Origin: Candidatus Chisholmbacteria bacterium RIFCSPHIGHO2_01_FULL_52_32
GTDB lineage: Bacteria; Patescibacteriota; Microgenomatia; UBA1400; Chisholmbacteraceae
Direction: 5' to 3'
DNA: 64,000 nucleotides
Assembly: GCA_001816585.1 (NCBI GenBank)
Contig: MHCJ01000003.1
Span: forward strand, 156,228 to 220,227
Of this stretch, positions 19,633-29,375 are shown piece after piece. The notes beneath the pieces were generated by a model. It was not told the origin of the DNA, searched no databases, and was given only the letters and a program-made list of their open reading frames with translations. How positions within the stretch are numbered: the stretch's first letter is position 1; each line of letters opens with the position of its first letter. The position numbers and the translations under genes are program-made.

Positions 19633-19789
19633 CGGAAAAAACGGTTATCGGAACGAAAGTGGACACTGGCGTAACTACCGCGTTACAGTGTGCGGTAGTT
19701 GTGCGGGTGAGAGCGGGGTGGCGGAAGGATAGAGGGGTTCGTCTTTTCCCCTTGTTTTACCCTTGGTAAGCGGTTAGAATTTCCCTCAA

Positions 19790-20761
19790 ATGCACGAGAT
19801 TCACGGTACGCTTCTAAGAATTTCCAAGGAGACCGGTCTGCCGGTGAAAAAAATTCTTGACATGCTGTTTTTCCTGCGGGGCGGTGAGGTAGAGAACAAC
19901 AAGCTGGTTCAGAAGCTCGGGGTGTCGAAGAATGTGCTCAATCAGGTAAAGCAAAAGTTATCCGATCTTTTTGAACCACCTTCGACGGTGACTGCGTTGT
20001 CGGGGAAGGGAAGGGAGCTTACGGATTTGCTGTTTCCGGAGGGGTACCGCCCGGAAGAAGAATTGTGGGTGAATCTCCGGGATGTGCGCTTTATCCAGAT
20101 ACAAAAGCTCTTACAAAAGTACAAGGGTTTGCGACCGGAGCCTTTCAGAAAGTACGATCAATTCACCGCAACTGTTGAAACCACCGCACGAAGGGCAGCT
20201 TTGATCGATTTTTTTGCGGACGTTCAGGGAAAAAATCTACTGTTCTTAGGGGATGATGATTTTACCTCGGTTGCGGTGTCTGCTTATGGGACAGCAAAGA
20301 CCGTTTCGGTTTTGGATATTGATGAGCGGATTCTTCGTGGCATCCGCACCATTTCTGATAAGGATAAATTTCAGATTCGTTGCGAGCGATATGATGCACG
20401 GGGGGAGTTACCAAAAAAGTTTACCGGTGCGTTTGATGTTGTCTTCACTGACCCTCCGTATACCCAGACCGGCATCTCGCTTTTTGTTTCGCGGGCCATT
20501 GAAGCCCTGGATCCGGCAAACCTTGCCGGGCGAATATACTGTTGCTACGGGAACAGCGATCGGGCAAAGGAGCGATTCCTGCCCATTTACGAGGTTTTTG
20601 GGCACTCCGGATTGATGATCCGCTGGATATTCGATAAGCTCAATCGGTATGATGGAGCGGAGTCAATCGGAAGTACGAGCAGCCTGTTTGTCTGTGATGT
20701 GACACCGAAGACCAAACCGGTCATCAAAGGAGATTATGACGGAGCAATCTACACGGGTTAA
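19790..20761 (+). CDS. bpsA: BpsA-like (DUF43) N4-bis(aminopropyl)spermidine synthase with N-terminal extension
   Basis: YDQ..AT.ET..RRA, FLGDDDFTS, DIDER, FTDPPYT. Confidence 0.8.
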   Translation: MHEIHGTLLRISKETGLPVKKILDMLFFLRGGEVENNKLVQKLGVSKNVLNQVKQKLSDLFEPPSTVTALSGKGRELTDLLFPEGYRPEEELWVNLRDVRFIQIQKLLQKYKGLRPEPFRKYDQFTATVETTARRAALIDFFADVQGKNLLFLGDDDFTSVAVSAYGTAKTVSVLDIDERILRGIRTISDKDKFQIRCERYDARGELPKKFTGAFDVVFTDPPYTQTGISLFVSRAIEALDPANLAGRIYCCYGNSDRAKERFLPIYEVFGHSGLMIRWIFDKLNRYDGAESIGSTSSLFVCDVTPKTKPVIKGDYDGAIYTG

Positions 20762-21134
20762 GGGAATAAGAGGCGATCCGCAGGCCCCGAATGTCTATCA
20801 ATTTTCTGCCCTGGCTGTGGTTCGGGACGCAATTCCTGATACAGAAGAGAGGGTAGGGGAATTCGCTCACGGGATTATCAAAGGGCTTCATCTTACGGCT
20901 TTGCAAAAAAGCTCATTCCGGTTTCACCCGAGCGGAATGACCATCGTTTTTATACTTTCCCAATCGCATCTTGCAATCCATACTTGGCCGGAATACCGGA
21001 GTGTCCATATTGATTTGGTGAGTTGTGTGCCGCTCCGGAAAGCGGAGGTTTTAGCGTGTTTTCGTGAGGTTTTTAGGCGGTTTGGCATTGAGCGGTTTAT
21101 TTTCAAGACAGAACGGATGACAACGGGGATTTAG
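20736..21134 (+). CDS. speD: S-adenosylmethionine decarboxylase proenzyme family
   Basis: F.PSG.T...ILSQSHLAIHTWPE...D..SC. Confidence 0.8.
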   Translation: MTEQSTRVKGIRGDPQAPNVYQFSALAVVRDAIPDTEERVGEFAHGIIKGLHLTALQKSSFRFHPSGMTIVFILSQSHLAIHTWPEYRSVHIDLVSCVPLRKAEVLACFREVFRRFGIERFIFKTERMTTGI

Positions 21135-21138
21135 GAGT

Positions 21139-21708
21139 ATGCTTGCGGAAGGTTTCACGGAGTTCGTTCGGCGGCATAAGAATATTGCGAGCCTTGTTGC
21201 GGTTTTGGCGGCGCTCGTTATCAGTTGGGGAATATTTGTTTACAGCGACCGACTGGCGTACCTCGCGCGGTATGGCTACATCGGTATCTTCTTTCTCTCG
21301 ATGCTCGGGAATGCAACGATCCTGTTGCCGATGCCGTCGATGGTTTCTGTCTATATTGCGGGCGGGTTGTTTAATCCAATTATCGTCGGCTTTATGGCGA
21401 GTGCCGGGGGCGCTATCGGAGAACTGACGGGGTACCTGGCCGGAGTCGGGGGACACCGGATCATTAAGGAGCGCAAGCTGTTTATCCTGATTGAAAAGTG
21501 GGTGCACCGGTATGGGGTGGTTGGGATTTTTCTGTTTGCCATGATTCCCAACCCTTTTTTTGATATGGTGGGACTCACGGCAGGGCTTATGCGCGTTCCG
21601 GTTTTTCAATTCCTGGTTGCGACCTGGCTAGGGCAGACGGTGAAGTTTCTTTTGATTTCGTATTTGGGGGCGGGATCAACCGGCTTGATGGAGCGATGGT
21701 TGCACTGA
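21139..21708 (+). CDS. VTT/DedA (SNARE-associated) membrane protein
   Basis: GELTGYLAG, IPNPFFD..GL.AG; several TM helices. Confidence 0.85.
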   Translation: MLAEGFTEFVRRHKNIASLVAVLAALVISWGIFVYSDRLAYLARYGYIGIFFLSMLGNATILLPMPSMVSVYIAGGLFNPIIVGFMASAGGAIGELTGYLAGVGGHRIIKERKLFILIEKWVHRYGVVGIFLFAMIPNPFFDMVGLTAGLMRVPVFQFLVATWLGQTVKFLLISYLGAGSTGLMERWLH

Positions 21709-21846
21709 ATTTATTGTACTTTCCTGTGAGCTTCGTTACAGTTTTGTGCACAGGATTTTGAGTAGTGTGAACCATTATCGTGTTGATGTGGGGAGCCACA
21801 GTTGGATAGGAAGGATCTCTCATACATTGACAATACTCGTTCGTAG

Positions 21847-21920
21847 GGGCACCAGTGAGATAGCATAAATGCATCTCACGGTGCCCTCGTGAGATGGCTG
21901 GAAGCCTATCTCACCGAGGG
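21847..21920. repeat. Two tandem GTGAGAT...ATCTCAC palindromic hairpins
   Basis: Hairpins at 21847-21886 and 21884-21920; the second abuts the SD of the next gene. Confidence 0.75.
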
Positions 21921-21933
21921 GAGGTGAAACAGC

Positions 21934-22374
21934 ATGAAAAAGAGTCATCTTCTCGGCTTGGTTTTGGCAGGCTTCTTACTTGCCGGTTGTTTCCATACGG
22001 GCTTGAAGAACCAGACAGGGGTGACGACGACCCAACCGGTAGAACCATCGATAACGGGAACAGAGGCAACGGAGGCAACCGGAGAAGCAGTGCAGGTTGA
22101 AGAGGGCACGACGGTGCGTTATACCGACACGGGATTCGTACCTCAGAGTATTTCCGTGATTGTTGGGGACAGTGTTACCTTTGTCAATGAAAGCGGCAAG
22201 CAGATGTGGGTTGCCTCAGCGGTGCACCCGACGCACCAAGTCCTGCCCGGTTTTGACCAGTTGACGGCCGTGGGCATGGGAGAGTCCTATACCTACACCT
22301 TTGAAATGGCAGGGCAGTGGAAATACCATAACCATGTCTCTCCTGGTGACACCGGGGTTGTAGTTGTGGAATAA
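21934..22374 (+). CDS. Cupredoxin-domain lipoprotein
   Basis: Lipobox LLAGC; F.P..I....GD.V.F.N, HPTH, YHNH. Confidence 0.8.
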   Translation: MKKSHLLGLVLAGFLLAGCFHTGLKNQTGVTTTQPVEPSITGTEATEATGEAVQVEEGTTVRYTDTGFVPQSISVIVGDSVTFVNESGKQMWVASAVHPTHQVLPGFDQLTAVGMGESYTYTFEMAGQWKYHNHVSPGDTGVVVVE

Positions 22375-22454
22375 GTCGCCCGGCTCGAAACAGTGCTTGA
22401 CTCTCTCCGCGGTTATCTTGGACGGAGTCTGTCCTTCGGGGTGAGGCTTTGTGG

Positions 22455-22886
22455 TTAGACTTCTTTTTGGGAGGGCGCAAGGGCCAGGATCTGCTGGACT
22501 GAGTGGGTGAGTTCATCCTTTTTCAAGGAAAGATTGGCCTGGGCATCTTCAAATGACTGCAGATATAACTTTTGATTGGTTAAGCCGACTATGAGCATTT
22601 TTGGCTTGCGTTCCCTGATTAGTGGTACGGCCTCAAAGCCCTTCATTTTCCCGTAGCCAAAGTCTCCGTCTATAAAGCAGATATCGTAATCCTCAAGATT
22701 CTCCGCAGTGAGGAATTGCTCGCATGTTAAAAACTGGTGAATGACCGTATCTGTGAGTCCACCTTGTTCGCGGAGAATTTCTTCTGCGAGTTTGGCGAAT
22801 TCCCTCCGATCTTCTATCAAGGCAACCCAGGCTTTCGACCACCAATCTTTGACTTCTGTTGATCTTTGCGACTCGGGTCTTGTCAT
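22455..22886 (-). CDS. Single-domain response regulator receiver
   Basis: LIED, FIDGD, LT, KK receiver pattern. Confidence 0.65.
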   Translation of the reverse strand: MTRPESQRSTEVKDWWSKAWVALIEDRREFAKLAEEILREQGGLTDTVIHQFLTCEQFLTAENLEDYDICFIDGDFGYGKMKGFEAVPLIRERKPKMLIVGLTNQKLYLQSFEDAQANLSLKKDELTHSVQQILALAPSQKEV

Positions 22887-23007
22887 ATTGCTGTACCCCG
22901 CTTTTTTTGAAATACTTCGTTATTATACCAGGAATAATCAAATTTCCTCGAAGCATTGAAGCGACCCTCTTCGTGTTTTCTGGAGAGTGGTATAATCTGT
23001 CCACTTT

Positions 23008-23433
23008 ATGACTTCGAAAGAGAGCGACTTGTCACCGCAGGAGAAAGAGTTCGTAAGGGAAACCATCCGCCGGGCAGCTTCCATGGCCAGACATGATGCC
23101 TACGGGAACGCAATTATGGATTTGGCTGAAAGCCTTGGAAAGAATCCTCTGCAGCAGGTCGAGCTGACCCTTCGAGAACTCGGACTCGGCGTATATATTA
23201 TTGCAGTGCCGGTTGAGGGTGTTGGAGACTTTGAGGCGAGAACGTTTGACATCAAAGAGCGTTGTCGGTACAGCTTTGCCATTATTGAGGGTGATGCAGA
23301 AGGTGCATGGATTAAAATGGCGGAGAACGGAACAACTCCGGAGGAAAATCTCGCCAATCTCGCCCAAGCCGGGGTGCTTGTACCCGTCCCGGGAACGGGG
23401 TATGCCCGGATGATCCATGCGAAGGATAACTGA
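23008..23433 (+). CDS. Hypothetical protein
   Basis: 141-aa ORF with TGnTATAAT upstream. Confidence 0.65.
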   Translation: MTSKESDLSPQEKEFVRETIRRAASMARHDAYGNAIMDLAESLGKNPLQQVELTLRELGLGVYIIAVPVEGVGDFEARTFDIKERCRYSFAIIEGDAEGAWIKMAENGTTPEENLANLAQAGVLVPVPGTGYARMIHAKDN

Positions 23434-23535
23434 CTTTTCGGAGTATCCTTGGCGGTTCGGGGATTTTGAGCAACTCCAGGTAGGATGCTGCTGAAAAGTA
23501 TTGGCGATCCCTCGTTTGGCAGAGCATGATACAAT

Positions 23536-25281
23536 ATGCTCTCCATGGTTCGGAAGCTTGTTGCTGTCATTTTCGTCGTTGTCGTCTATAACCTCTTCTT
23601 TTACAGACAATTCTTTCCGTTTCCAGGCACGATTGCGTTTCTCCTCCTCATTTTTTCTCTCCATGCCTTTCTCTGGACTGCATTTTTCCCAAAAACGTTC
23701 TCCGAGAAGCACAGGCTTGCCGGTGCGGCAACGTTTCTCTCGCTTCTGATGGCCGCCATCTCCGTTTTTCGAGCCAGTGAGGTTGATCTTTTCGTTTTCT
23801 TCTTTGCAAGCCTTGGTCTGTCCCTCATTTCCCTCTATTTTCTGGCGCTCAGGCATCGGGAGTTCGGGGCTGTTTCCGAGTTTGTGAGCATGCCGTTTGT
23901 CATTGCGATGGAATGGATACGCGAATTTTTTCTTTTGTGTTTTGAGAGGATGCCGGGTTTATTGGGATGGTTGGGAGCGTTCTTCAGGCATTCAGGAAAG
24001 CCGCCCTCTCCCAGGCGCCGGTTGGCATCGGGGGTCATTCGAGGGCTATTGCTCGCTGGGCCGGTCGTATTGGTGATCACGGTTCTTCTGCGCGCGGCTG
24101 ACCCTATCTTTACCCAGATGACTGATCGGATCCTCAGGCTTCTGCCGAAGCTTCAATCGGACGTTCTGCGGAGGATTGTAGAAAGCATCAGCATTACCGT
24201 GCTGGTCACGCCGATGGCCCTGCTTGCCGTACGCCGTAAGTTTGTGTCACCGCTTCTCAGGCAAGACATCGGGAGACTGCGTGTTGAAGCGCTGACGATG
24301 GTTGGGTTGATCGCAATGGTTCTTACTGCCTTCCTGGTCATCCAATTCCGCTATCTGTTTGCCACAGTCCCCGAGGTGGAACTTCAGCAGTTCGGGGTCA
24401 TGACGTACTCAGAGTACGTGCGGCGGGGATTTGTTGAGCTTATCGTTGTCTCGGTCATTGTCTACTTGGTCGCCAACGCTGGCTATCTCATTATGCGAGC
24501 AACTCAGGCAGGAGAAGGTGTGTGGCTCAAGCGGATGAATTTGGCACTCCTTGCGGAGATCTTGATTTTTGTCGTCTCCATATACCGGCGGGTTTCCCTC
24601 TATCAGATGTATCACGGTCTGACACGTATTCGGATTTATGGGAGTGTGTTTCTTGTGGTTCTGGTTGCCCTCACCGCTGTTTTGATCCTGCGGCACCTGT
24701 GGACTGGTGTTTGCAAATGGTATCGCTACGAAGCAGGGATTATCGTCGGGGGAGTCCTTCTCATTGCTTGTCTCAATCCTGATCGGCTGATTGCCACGAC
24801 GTTTCCGCCGACGGTCAACGGGGAGGTTGACGAGGTCTATATCGCTAGACTTTCGGCAAGCGCGGTTGAGGGGTGGCTTGAGGCCTACCAGGCAGCTGAA
24901 AGGACCGCTACGCAGTATCGGGGACGCGATCCACTGCGGATTTTTCCGGATGAAACGCGGAAACTCATCTATACCCAGCGGTCGCTTCAGGCGTTGCGAA
25001 GCCGCTACCGCTCACTTATCGGACGGTACGGGAGTGCGGGGGAGTATGAGCAGATTGAATATCGGGATTCGGAAAGGAGTTCCATACCGACTGCCCTGTC
25101 TCCGCGGCCGACACTGTGGGTCAATCTTGCCGAACTTGCGGCCTACCGAAAGCTCTCCTTTTCCGTTCCGCCTTCAGCCCTGGTAACGAGGGAGGAGGAA
25201 ATCTCTACGCTCCTTGAGGCGATACCGAAAGAACATTATCCCGAGAGTCTCGATCGCTCCAGCAATACCCCGCTTCTTTGA
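23536..25281 (+). CDS. DUF4153/DUF4173-type multi-pass membrane protein
   Basis: ADPIF, QFRYLF, YSEYVRRGFVEL, YGLTRIR-like motif. Confidence 0.8.
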   Translation: MLSMVRKLVAVIFVVVVYNLFFYRQFFPFPGTIAFLLLIFSLHAFLWTAFFPKTFSEKHRLAGAATFLSLLMAAISVFRASEVDLFVFFFASLGLSLISLYFLALRHREFGAVSEFVSMPFVIAMEWIREFFLLCFERMPGLLGWLGAFFRHSGKPPSPRRRLASGVIRGLLLAGPVVLVITVLLRAADPIFTQMTDRILRLLPKLQSDVLRRIVESISITVLVTPMALLAVRRKFVSPLLRQDIGRLRVEALTMVGLIAMVLTAFLVIQFRYLFATVPEVELQQFGVMTYSEYVRRGFVELIVVSVIVYLVANAGYLIMRATQAGEGVWLKRMNLALLAEILIFVVSIYRRVSLYQMYHGLTRIRIYGSVFLVVLVALTAVLILRHLWTGVCKWYRYEAGIIVGGVLLIACLNPDRLIATTFPPTVNGEVDEVYIARLSASAVEGWLEAYQAAERTATQYRGRDPLRIFPDETRKLIYTQRSLQALRSRYRSLIGRYGSAGEYEQIEYRDSERSSIPTALSPRPTLWVNLAELAAYRKLSFSVPPSALVTREEEISTLLEAIPKEHYPESLDRSSNTPLL

Positions 25282-25297
25282 TTGTGGTTTATAATAC

Positions 25298-25570
25298 ATG
25301 CAGATCCAAAGGAGAAGTATGTCTGTAGACGACCAAGAAAAGCCAACGAAGGGGACGGATCCGGAGGCCCATATTGCGATTGGGAAGAAGCGGATGTTTC
25401 AGGTAACGGATGAAGCAACGATCCGTAGGCTGGAGAAGCTTGCGGCCGATCTGGTCGAGAGTGGGCAAGACGGTGTCGGAAATCCTCGCGGAGTAGAAAT
25501 TATGGGCCCCGACCAACTGGACGACCGGGCTGCCCACAAGATTGATGATGAAACGCCCACGGCACGGTAA
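25298..25570 (+). CDS. Hypothetical protein
   Basis: 90-aa acidic ORF; start may be the downstream ATG after GGAG. Confidence 0.5.
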   Translation: MQIQRRSMSVDDQEKPTKGTDPEAHIAIGKKRMFQVTDEATIRRLEKLAADLVESGQDGVGNPRGVEIMGPDQLDDRAAHKIDDETPTAR

Positions 25571-25587
25571 GGAGATCCGCAGGGCTT

Positions 25588-26001
25588 TCAGGAAAACCTG
25601 ATCTTGGGGATTTCTAATTCTTCTTCCTGTTTCTGAGGTTTGTTGTCAGGGTTGTTTCTCTCCTTTGACGGTACTTGGGGAGGACCGTTTACGGCTGCCT
25701 TCTTGATTCCGACGCGATCGATCATCGGGAAGCGGTCGGAGACTGCTTCGCGGAATTTCTCCGCAAGCTTGGGGGTGAAGCTCGCGTAACCCGAGCCTTG
25801 GGAGCGGGAGCAGAGACGATCTTCGTAGTCGCGAATGACCTCAAGTACCGCTTCGCCTTCAGTATTGAACTGTTCCTGCCACATGTCCGGGTCGAGCGCG
25901 TATTGAGCATGGACCTCCTCGAATGATTTGAAGAGTTCTTGGTGTTTTTTTAGCATTTCTTTGAAGATTTTCTGATATTTGGTCATTTTACAATTATACA
26001 A
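25588..26001 (-). CDS. Conserved-looking hypothetical protein
   Basis: WQEQFN.EG....IR.YEDRLC pattern; likely start at MTKYQ. Confidence 0.7.
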   Translation of the reverse strand: MYNCKMTKYQKIFKEMLKKHQELFKSFEEVHAQYALDPDMWQEQFNTEGEAVLEVIRDYEDRLCSRSQGSGYASFTPKLAEKFREAVSDRFPMIDRVGIKKAAVNGPPQVPSKERNNPDNKPQKQEEELEIPKIRFS

Positions 26002-26085
26002 TGCGATGAAGACGATGGATGGTTTTGTGGCATAAACGGAAGTTGGGGGAAACGGCCTGAGCTTTTTTCCCTGAAGCGGCCGTCG

Positions 26086-26412
26086 TCAGGTGTGGTTGAG
26101 CTTGGTTAAGGGGAAGCACTGGAGAATGAGGTTTTGGGCATCTTCGTACTTTTTGAGCTTTGCGCTTTCCATGAGCTCGTGGGTGGCATACTCCAACTTC
26201 TTCGGTCCGTTTCCTGGTCCCGGATATTTTTGTTCAGCCATTTCAATTGCTTTAAATGCCGTTTCTGTGCGGTGATGGAGGACAGTAATCTGGTGCTTAT
26301 GATTCAAGCGGCTAAACAGCCTGCTCGTGGCGTAGCCGGCGAGGTAGATGACCAAGGCTGCGGTGAGCTCGCCGGGGAGAGAGGAAAATAGAGCGGCAAA
26401 GGATTGCTCCAT
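26086..26412 (-). CDS. Phage holin LL-H-like membrane protein
   Basis: One N-terminal TM helix, then A.EMAEQ....G.G.KKL.YA; AAGGAG SD. Confidence 0.55.
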   Translation of the reverse strand: MEQSFAALFSSLPGELTAALVIYLAGYATSRLFSRLNHKHQITVLHHRTETAFKAIEMAEQKYPGPGNGPKKLEYATHELMESAKLKKYEDAQNLILQCFPLTKLNHT

Positions 26413-26478
26413 GGTTTACTCCTTCTTTTTCTATCATATCGATGATTCTGTCCTTAAACAATGGTTGGAGATGATTAG

Positions 26479-27354
26479 ATGACGGAATACGAGTCTTGCT
26501 TTAACATGGCGTTTTTCAATGTCATAATAGACCGTATGGAACCGTTTTTGGCGACTCTGTTTCGCTATGCTCTGGCGATTTTGCCCTGGGTTCTCGTGGG
26601 GATGTGCCTCGCGTTTTTTCTTGAGAAAAAGATCAACAGAAAGGCAATTCGGGATCATTTCAGCCGCGTCAGTATCCGAGGGTTGTTTGTTGTTCAGATT
26701 CTCGGGATGATTTCTCCTTTAAGCATTATGTCGTTTTTGCCGATGGCGTCGGAGCTTGAAGGAATGGGCTTCAATCCGGGAATACTGCTTTCTTTCCTGA
26801 TTGCCGAACGGGCCTACGATCTGCAATCCTTCTTTATTGTTTCCGGCTTGTTCGGGATTCGCTATGCTCTGTTGAACGGACTCGCTATCTTTCTGACTCT
26901 TTTGGTTACCGGGTTGTTCTTACGGAAAACCCTGGTACGCTTTACCGCTGTGCATAAACTATTTCATCATGGTTTCTGGCAGAGGCAGGGTCGTTTGTTT
27001 GTGCTTGTGGTTTTGGGGATCGTGGCCGGGGCGATTGTGCGGACCGTTATCCCGGAAGGACAATTTCATGCGTATACCGGGGGTAATACGGGGGGGTTTT
27101 TGGTCGCACTTCTTACAGGTTTCCTTTTCTATTTCGGCCCGATTGTAGGGAATTACCCCGTGGCCAAGGCCTTTGCTGAACTTGGGATGTCTCCGATGGG
27201 TACCTTTGCGTTCCTTACGGTGTCTCCGATCCTGAATCTCGTGGTCATCATGCTGTTTGGTGCAAGTGTAGGATGGAGAAACACACTGAAAGCTTTTTTC
27301 GTCTATGCTGTTACGGCATCCATCGTGACCGTTCTGCTTTCATTCCTTTTGTAA
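26479..27354 (+). CDS. Permease (ArsP/DUF318-like)
   Basis: About 8 TM helices with internal repeat; AFL..SP.LN. Confidence 0.75.
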   Translation: MTEYESCFNMAFFNVIIDRMEPFLATLFRYALAILPWVLVGMCLAFFLEKKINRKAIRDHFSRVSIRGLFVVQILGMISPLSIMSFLPMASELEGMGFNPGILLSFLIAERAYDLQSFFIVSGLFGIRYALLNGLAIFLTLLVTGLFLRKTLVRFTAVHKLFHHGFWQRQGRLFVLVVLGIVAGAIVRTVIPEGQFHAYTGGNTGGFLVALLTGFLFYFGPIVGNYPVAKAFAELGMSPMGTFAFLTVSPILNLVVIMLFGASVGWRNTLKAFFVYAVTASIVTVLLSFLL

Positions 27355-27410
27355 CGGCTGCTCTTGAGGGTCTTTTTATCCCGAGCATATTTTGATATTA
27401 TATTTATCTG

Positions 27411-28043
27411 ATGATTAGAAAGTTTCTTTCCGTCACCTTGTTGTTTTTCGCTTTCGTGTTGATCGATGCAATTCACGTATTTGCCGCTTCTTCTCCGGTC
27501 ACGAGTCGGAAAATCGTCATCGACCCGGGGCACGGCGGGACAGATTGGGGTTCGACTGAGTGTCCGGGCCTGGCTGAAAAGGACGCCAACTTGGATATTT
27601 CCCGGAGACTACAGGAGCTGCTTGCGAACGACGGTGCGCAGGTTCTCATGACAAGGACCGATGACTCGTATAAATCCAACAATGACCGGTATACCCAAGC
27701 CAATCAATTCGGCGGTCAGGTACTTGTTTCGGTACACCTTAACGGTTCGACCAACCATACCAAGAATGGAACGTTGGGACTTTATGGCAAAAGAAACAAA
27801 GATCTGGAATTCGCAAAAACTCTTCACCAACGGATGGTTTCGGAGGTCGGTGTGCCGGATTTGGGGATTACCAATTTTGCTTCCGGGGTACTGCTGAAAG
27901 CCAACATGCCGGCGACCATTGCGGAAACGGTTTTTATCTCCAATACCGCTGAGTGCAGCCTCCTTACGGACGGAACCGGCAACCGTCAGCAGAAGATTGC
28001 GCAGTCGCTCTACTACGGCATATCTGACTGGTTTGCCAGATAA
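27411..28043 (+). CDS. N-acetylmuramoyl-L-alanine amidase (Amidase_3) with signal peptide
   Basis: IDPGHGG, EKD.NL, MTRTDD, SVHLN, ETVFISN. Confidence 0.92.
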   Translation: MIRKFLSVTLLFFAFVLIDAIHVFAASSPVTSRKIVIDPGHGGTDWGSTECPGLAEKDANLDISRRLQELLANDGAQVLMTRTDDSYKSNNDRYTQANQFGGQVLVSVHLNGSTNHTKNGTLGLYGKRNKDLEFAKTLHQRMVSEVGVPDLGITNFASGVLLKANMPATIAETVFISNTAECSLLTDGTGNRQQKIAQSLYYGISDWFAR

Positions 28044-28350
28044 ATTCGATTTTCAGGGTCTACTTTAAAGCGATAATTAATAAGGTGTAAAACTTCATGA
28101 TGTCAGAAAAGAAGGTTGCTTCTCTACAATCTTTGGGATTTCTACAAGCAATTTGAAGGCAAGAAAAAAGAAGCCGCCGATTTGGTGGTCTACACGACCG
28201 GTTGGCTGTTTGTCTTCTTTTTAGTTTTCCTAATCTTTGCCGCGTTTCTCCGTCAACGGTGAACTTGATTTCTCATGATCTTCGAAGAGAAACGGTTTTT
28301 ATTCCCTATTTGTTGCGTGGGTTCTATTGATTTCCTGATATACTTCAGAT

Positions 28351-28959
28351 ATGGATAAGAGGGTTGTTTTAATTGGTGGACAGCCTCTGGCAGGGAAAAG
28401 TTATCTTGCTCGAAAATTGAGCCGGAAGCTCAATCTCCCTTGGATTTCAACGGATACGATTCGGGAACAAATGAGACAACTAGTGAGAAAAGAAGATTAT
28501 CCCAAACTATTCTTCTTTTCGGATCCGAAAATTAAAGTTGTAGATTATTTGACAAAAAATTCACCAGAAAAAATTGTTGAAGATCAAAATAACGAAAGTG
28601 CGGAAGTTTGGAAGGGAGTAGAGGCTATTGTGAAAACCGATTATGCTTGGGGGTCATTTATTATAGAAGGGGTCGCGATTCTTCCGAGCTTAGTTAAAAA
28701 ACTTACAGCAGAACTCTCTTATGTTAGATCGGTATTCCTGATTGACGAAGATGAAAGTCGGATACGGGACCTTGTTTTTGCCCGTGGGCTTTGGGATGAT
28801 GCTTATAAATACCCCGACAGCGTAAAAGAGAAGGAAGTTGAATGGGCAGGAGCCTTCAGTAAATGGCTGGTAAAAGAATGTGAGAAATATTCTCTGCCTG
28901 TGGTCTACATAAAAGATAGAGCTTCGTACATTGAAGAGGTTAAAAGGCTAGCTCTTTAA
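28351..28959 (+). CDS. P-loop kinase (2-phosphoglycerate-kinase-like)
   Basis: GGQPLAGKS, ISTD.IRE, IIEG. Confidence 0.75.
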   Translation: MDKRVVLIGGQPLAGKSYLARKLSRKLNLPWISTDTIREQMRQLVRKEDYPKLFFFSDPKIKVVDYLTKNSPEKIVEDQNNESAEVWKGVEAIVKTDYAWGSFIIEGVAILPSLVKKLTAELSYVRSVFLIDEDESRIRDLVFARGLWDDAYKYPDSVKEKEVEWAGAFSKWLVKECEKYSLPVVYIKDRASYIEEVKRLAL

Positions 28960-29018
28960 TAGAGACCCCATTTCCTGTGAGGGCTCTGGTTTGATCTCTG
29001 TCCAAATACAATTTATTT

Positions 29019-29252
29019 ATGATTATTGAAGTTCTCGGCTGGGCTGGAACTTTGGCTGTCTTACTTGCTTATTTCCTGGTTTCTACCAAAAAAATATCGC
29101 CCAGCGATAAAAGATACCAGTTCCTGAATTTGGCAGGCGCTACCGGAATTATCATTAATTCGGCAGTGCATGGGGCTATTCCTTCGGTAGGGCTCAATGC
29201 TATCTGGTTATTGATTGCTCTGTACGGGTTGATGAACGTTGTGAAAAAATAA
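29019..29252 (+). CDS. Small membrane protein (CBU_0592-like)
   Basis: GW.G....L.AY.L, YQ.LNL.G, LN.IW. Confidence 0.7.
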   Translation: MIIEVLGWAGTLAVLLAYFLVSTKKISPSDKRYQFLNLAGATGIIINSAVHGAIPSVGLNAIWLLIALYGLMNVVKK

Positions 29253-29375
29253 ACACTTCGGACTTATTTTCTTCGTGGTTTTACATGGTAGGTCTTCACT
29301 TCAAGTACGGGTCGATACGGCCGAGGATTTTTAGGGTGAGTGTAAATTTTCGGCGAAACCATTTACAATGGAAGC

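Noticed and set aside
23032-23856. 274-aa minus-strand ORF and similar long antisense ORFs
   Set aside because: They shadow better-supported plus-strand genes and have no recognisable motifs.
28098-28262. Possible remnant of a small membrane-protein gene
   Set aside because: Only short broken hydrophobic frames; cannot be supported without a homology search.
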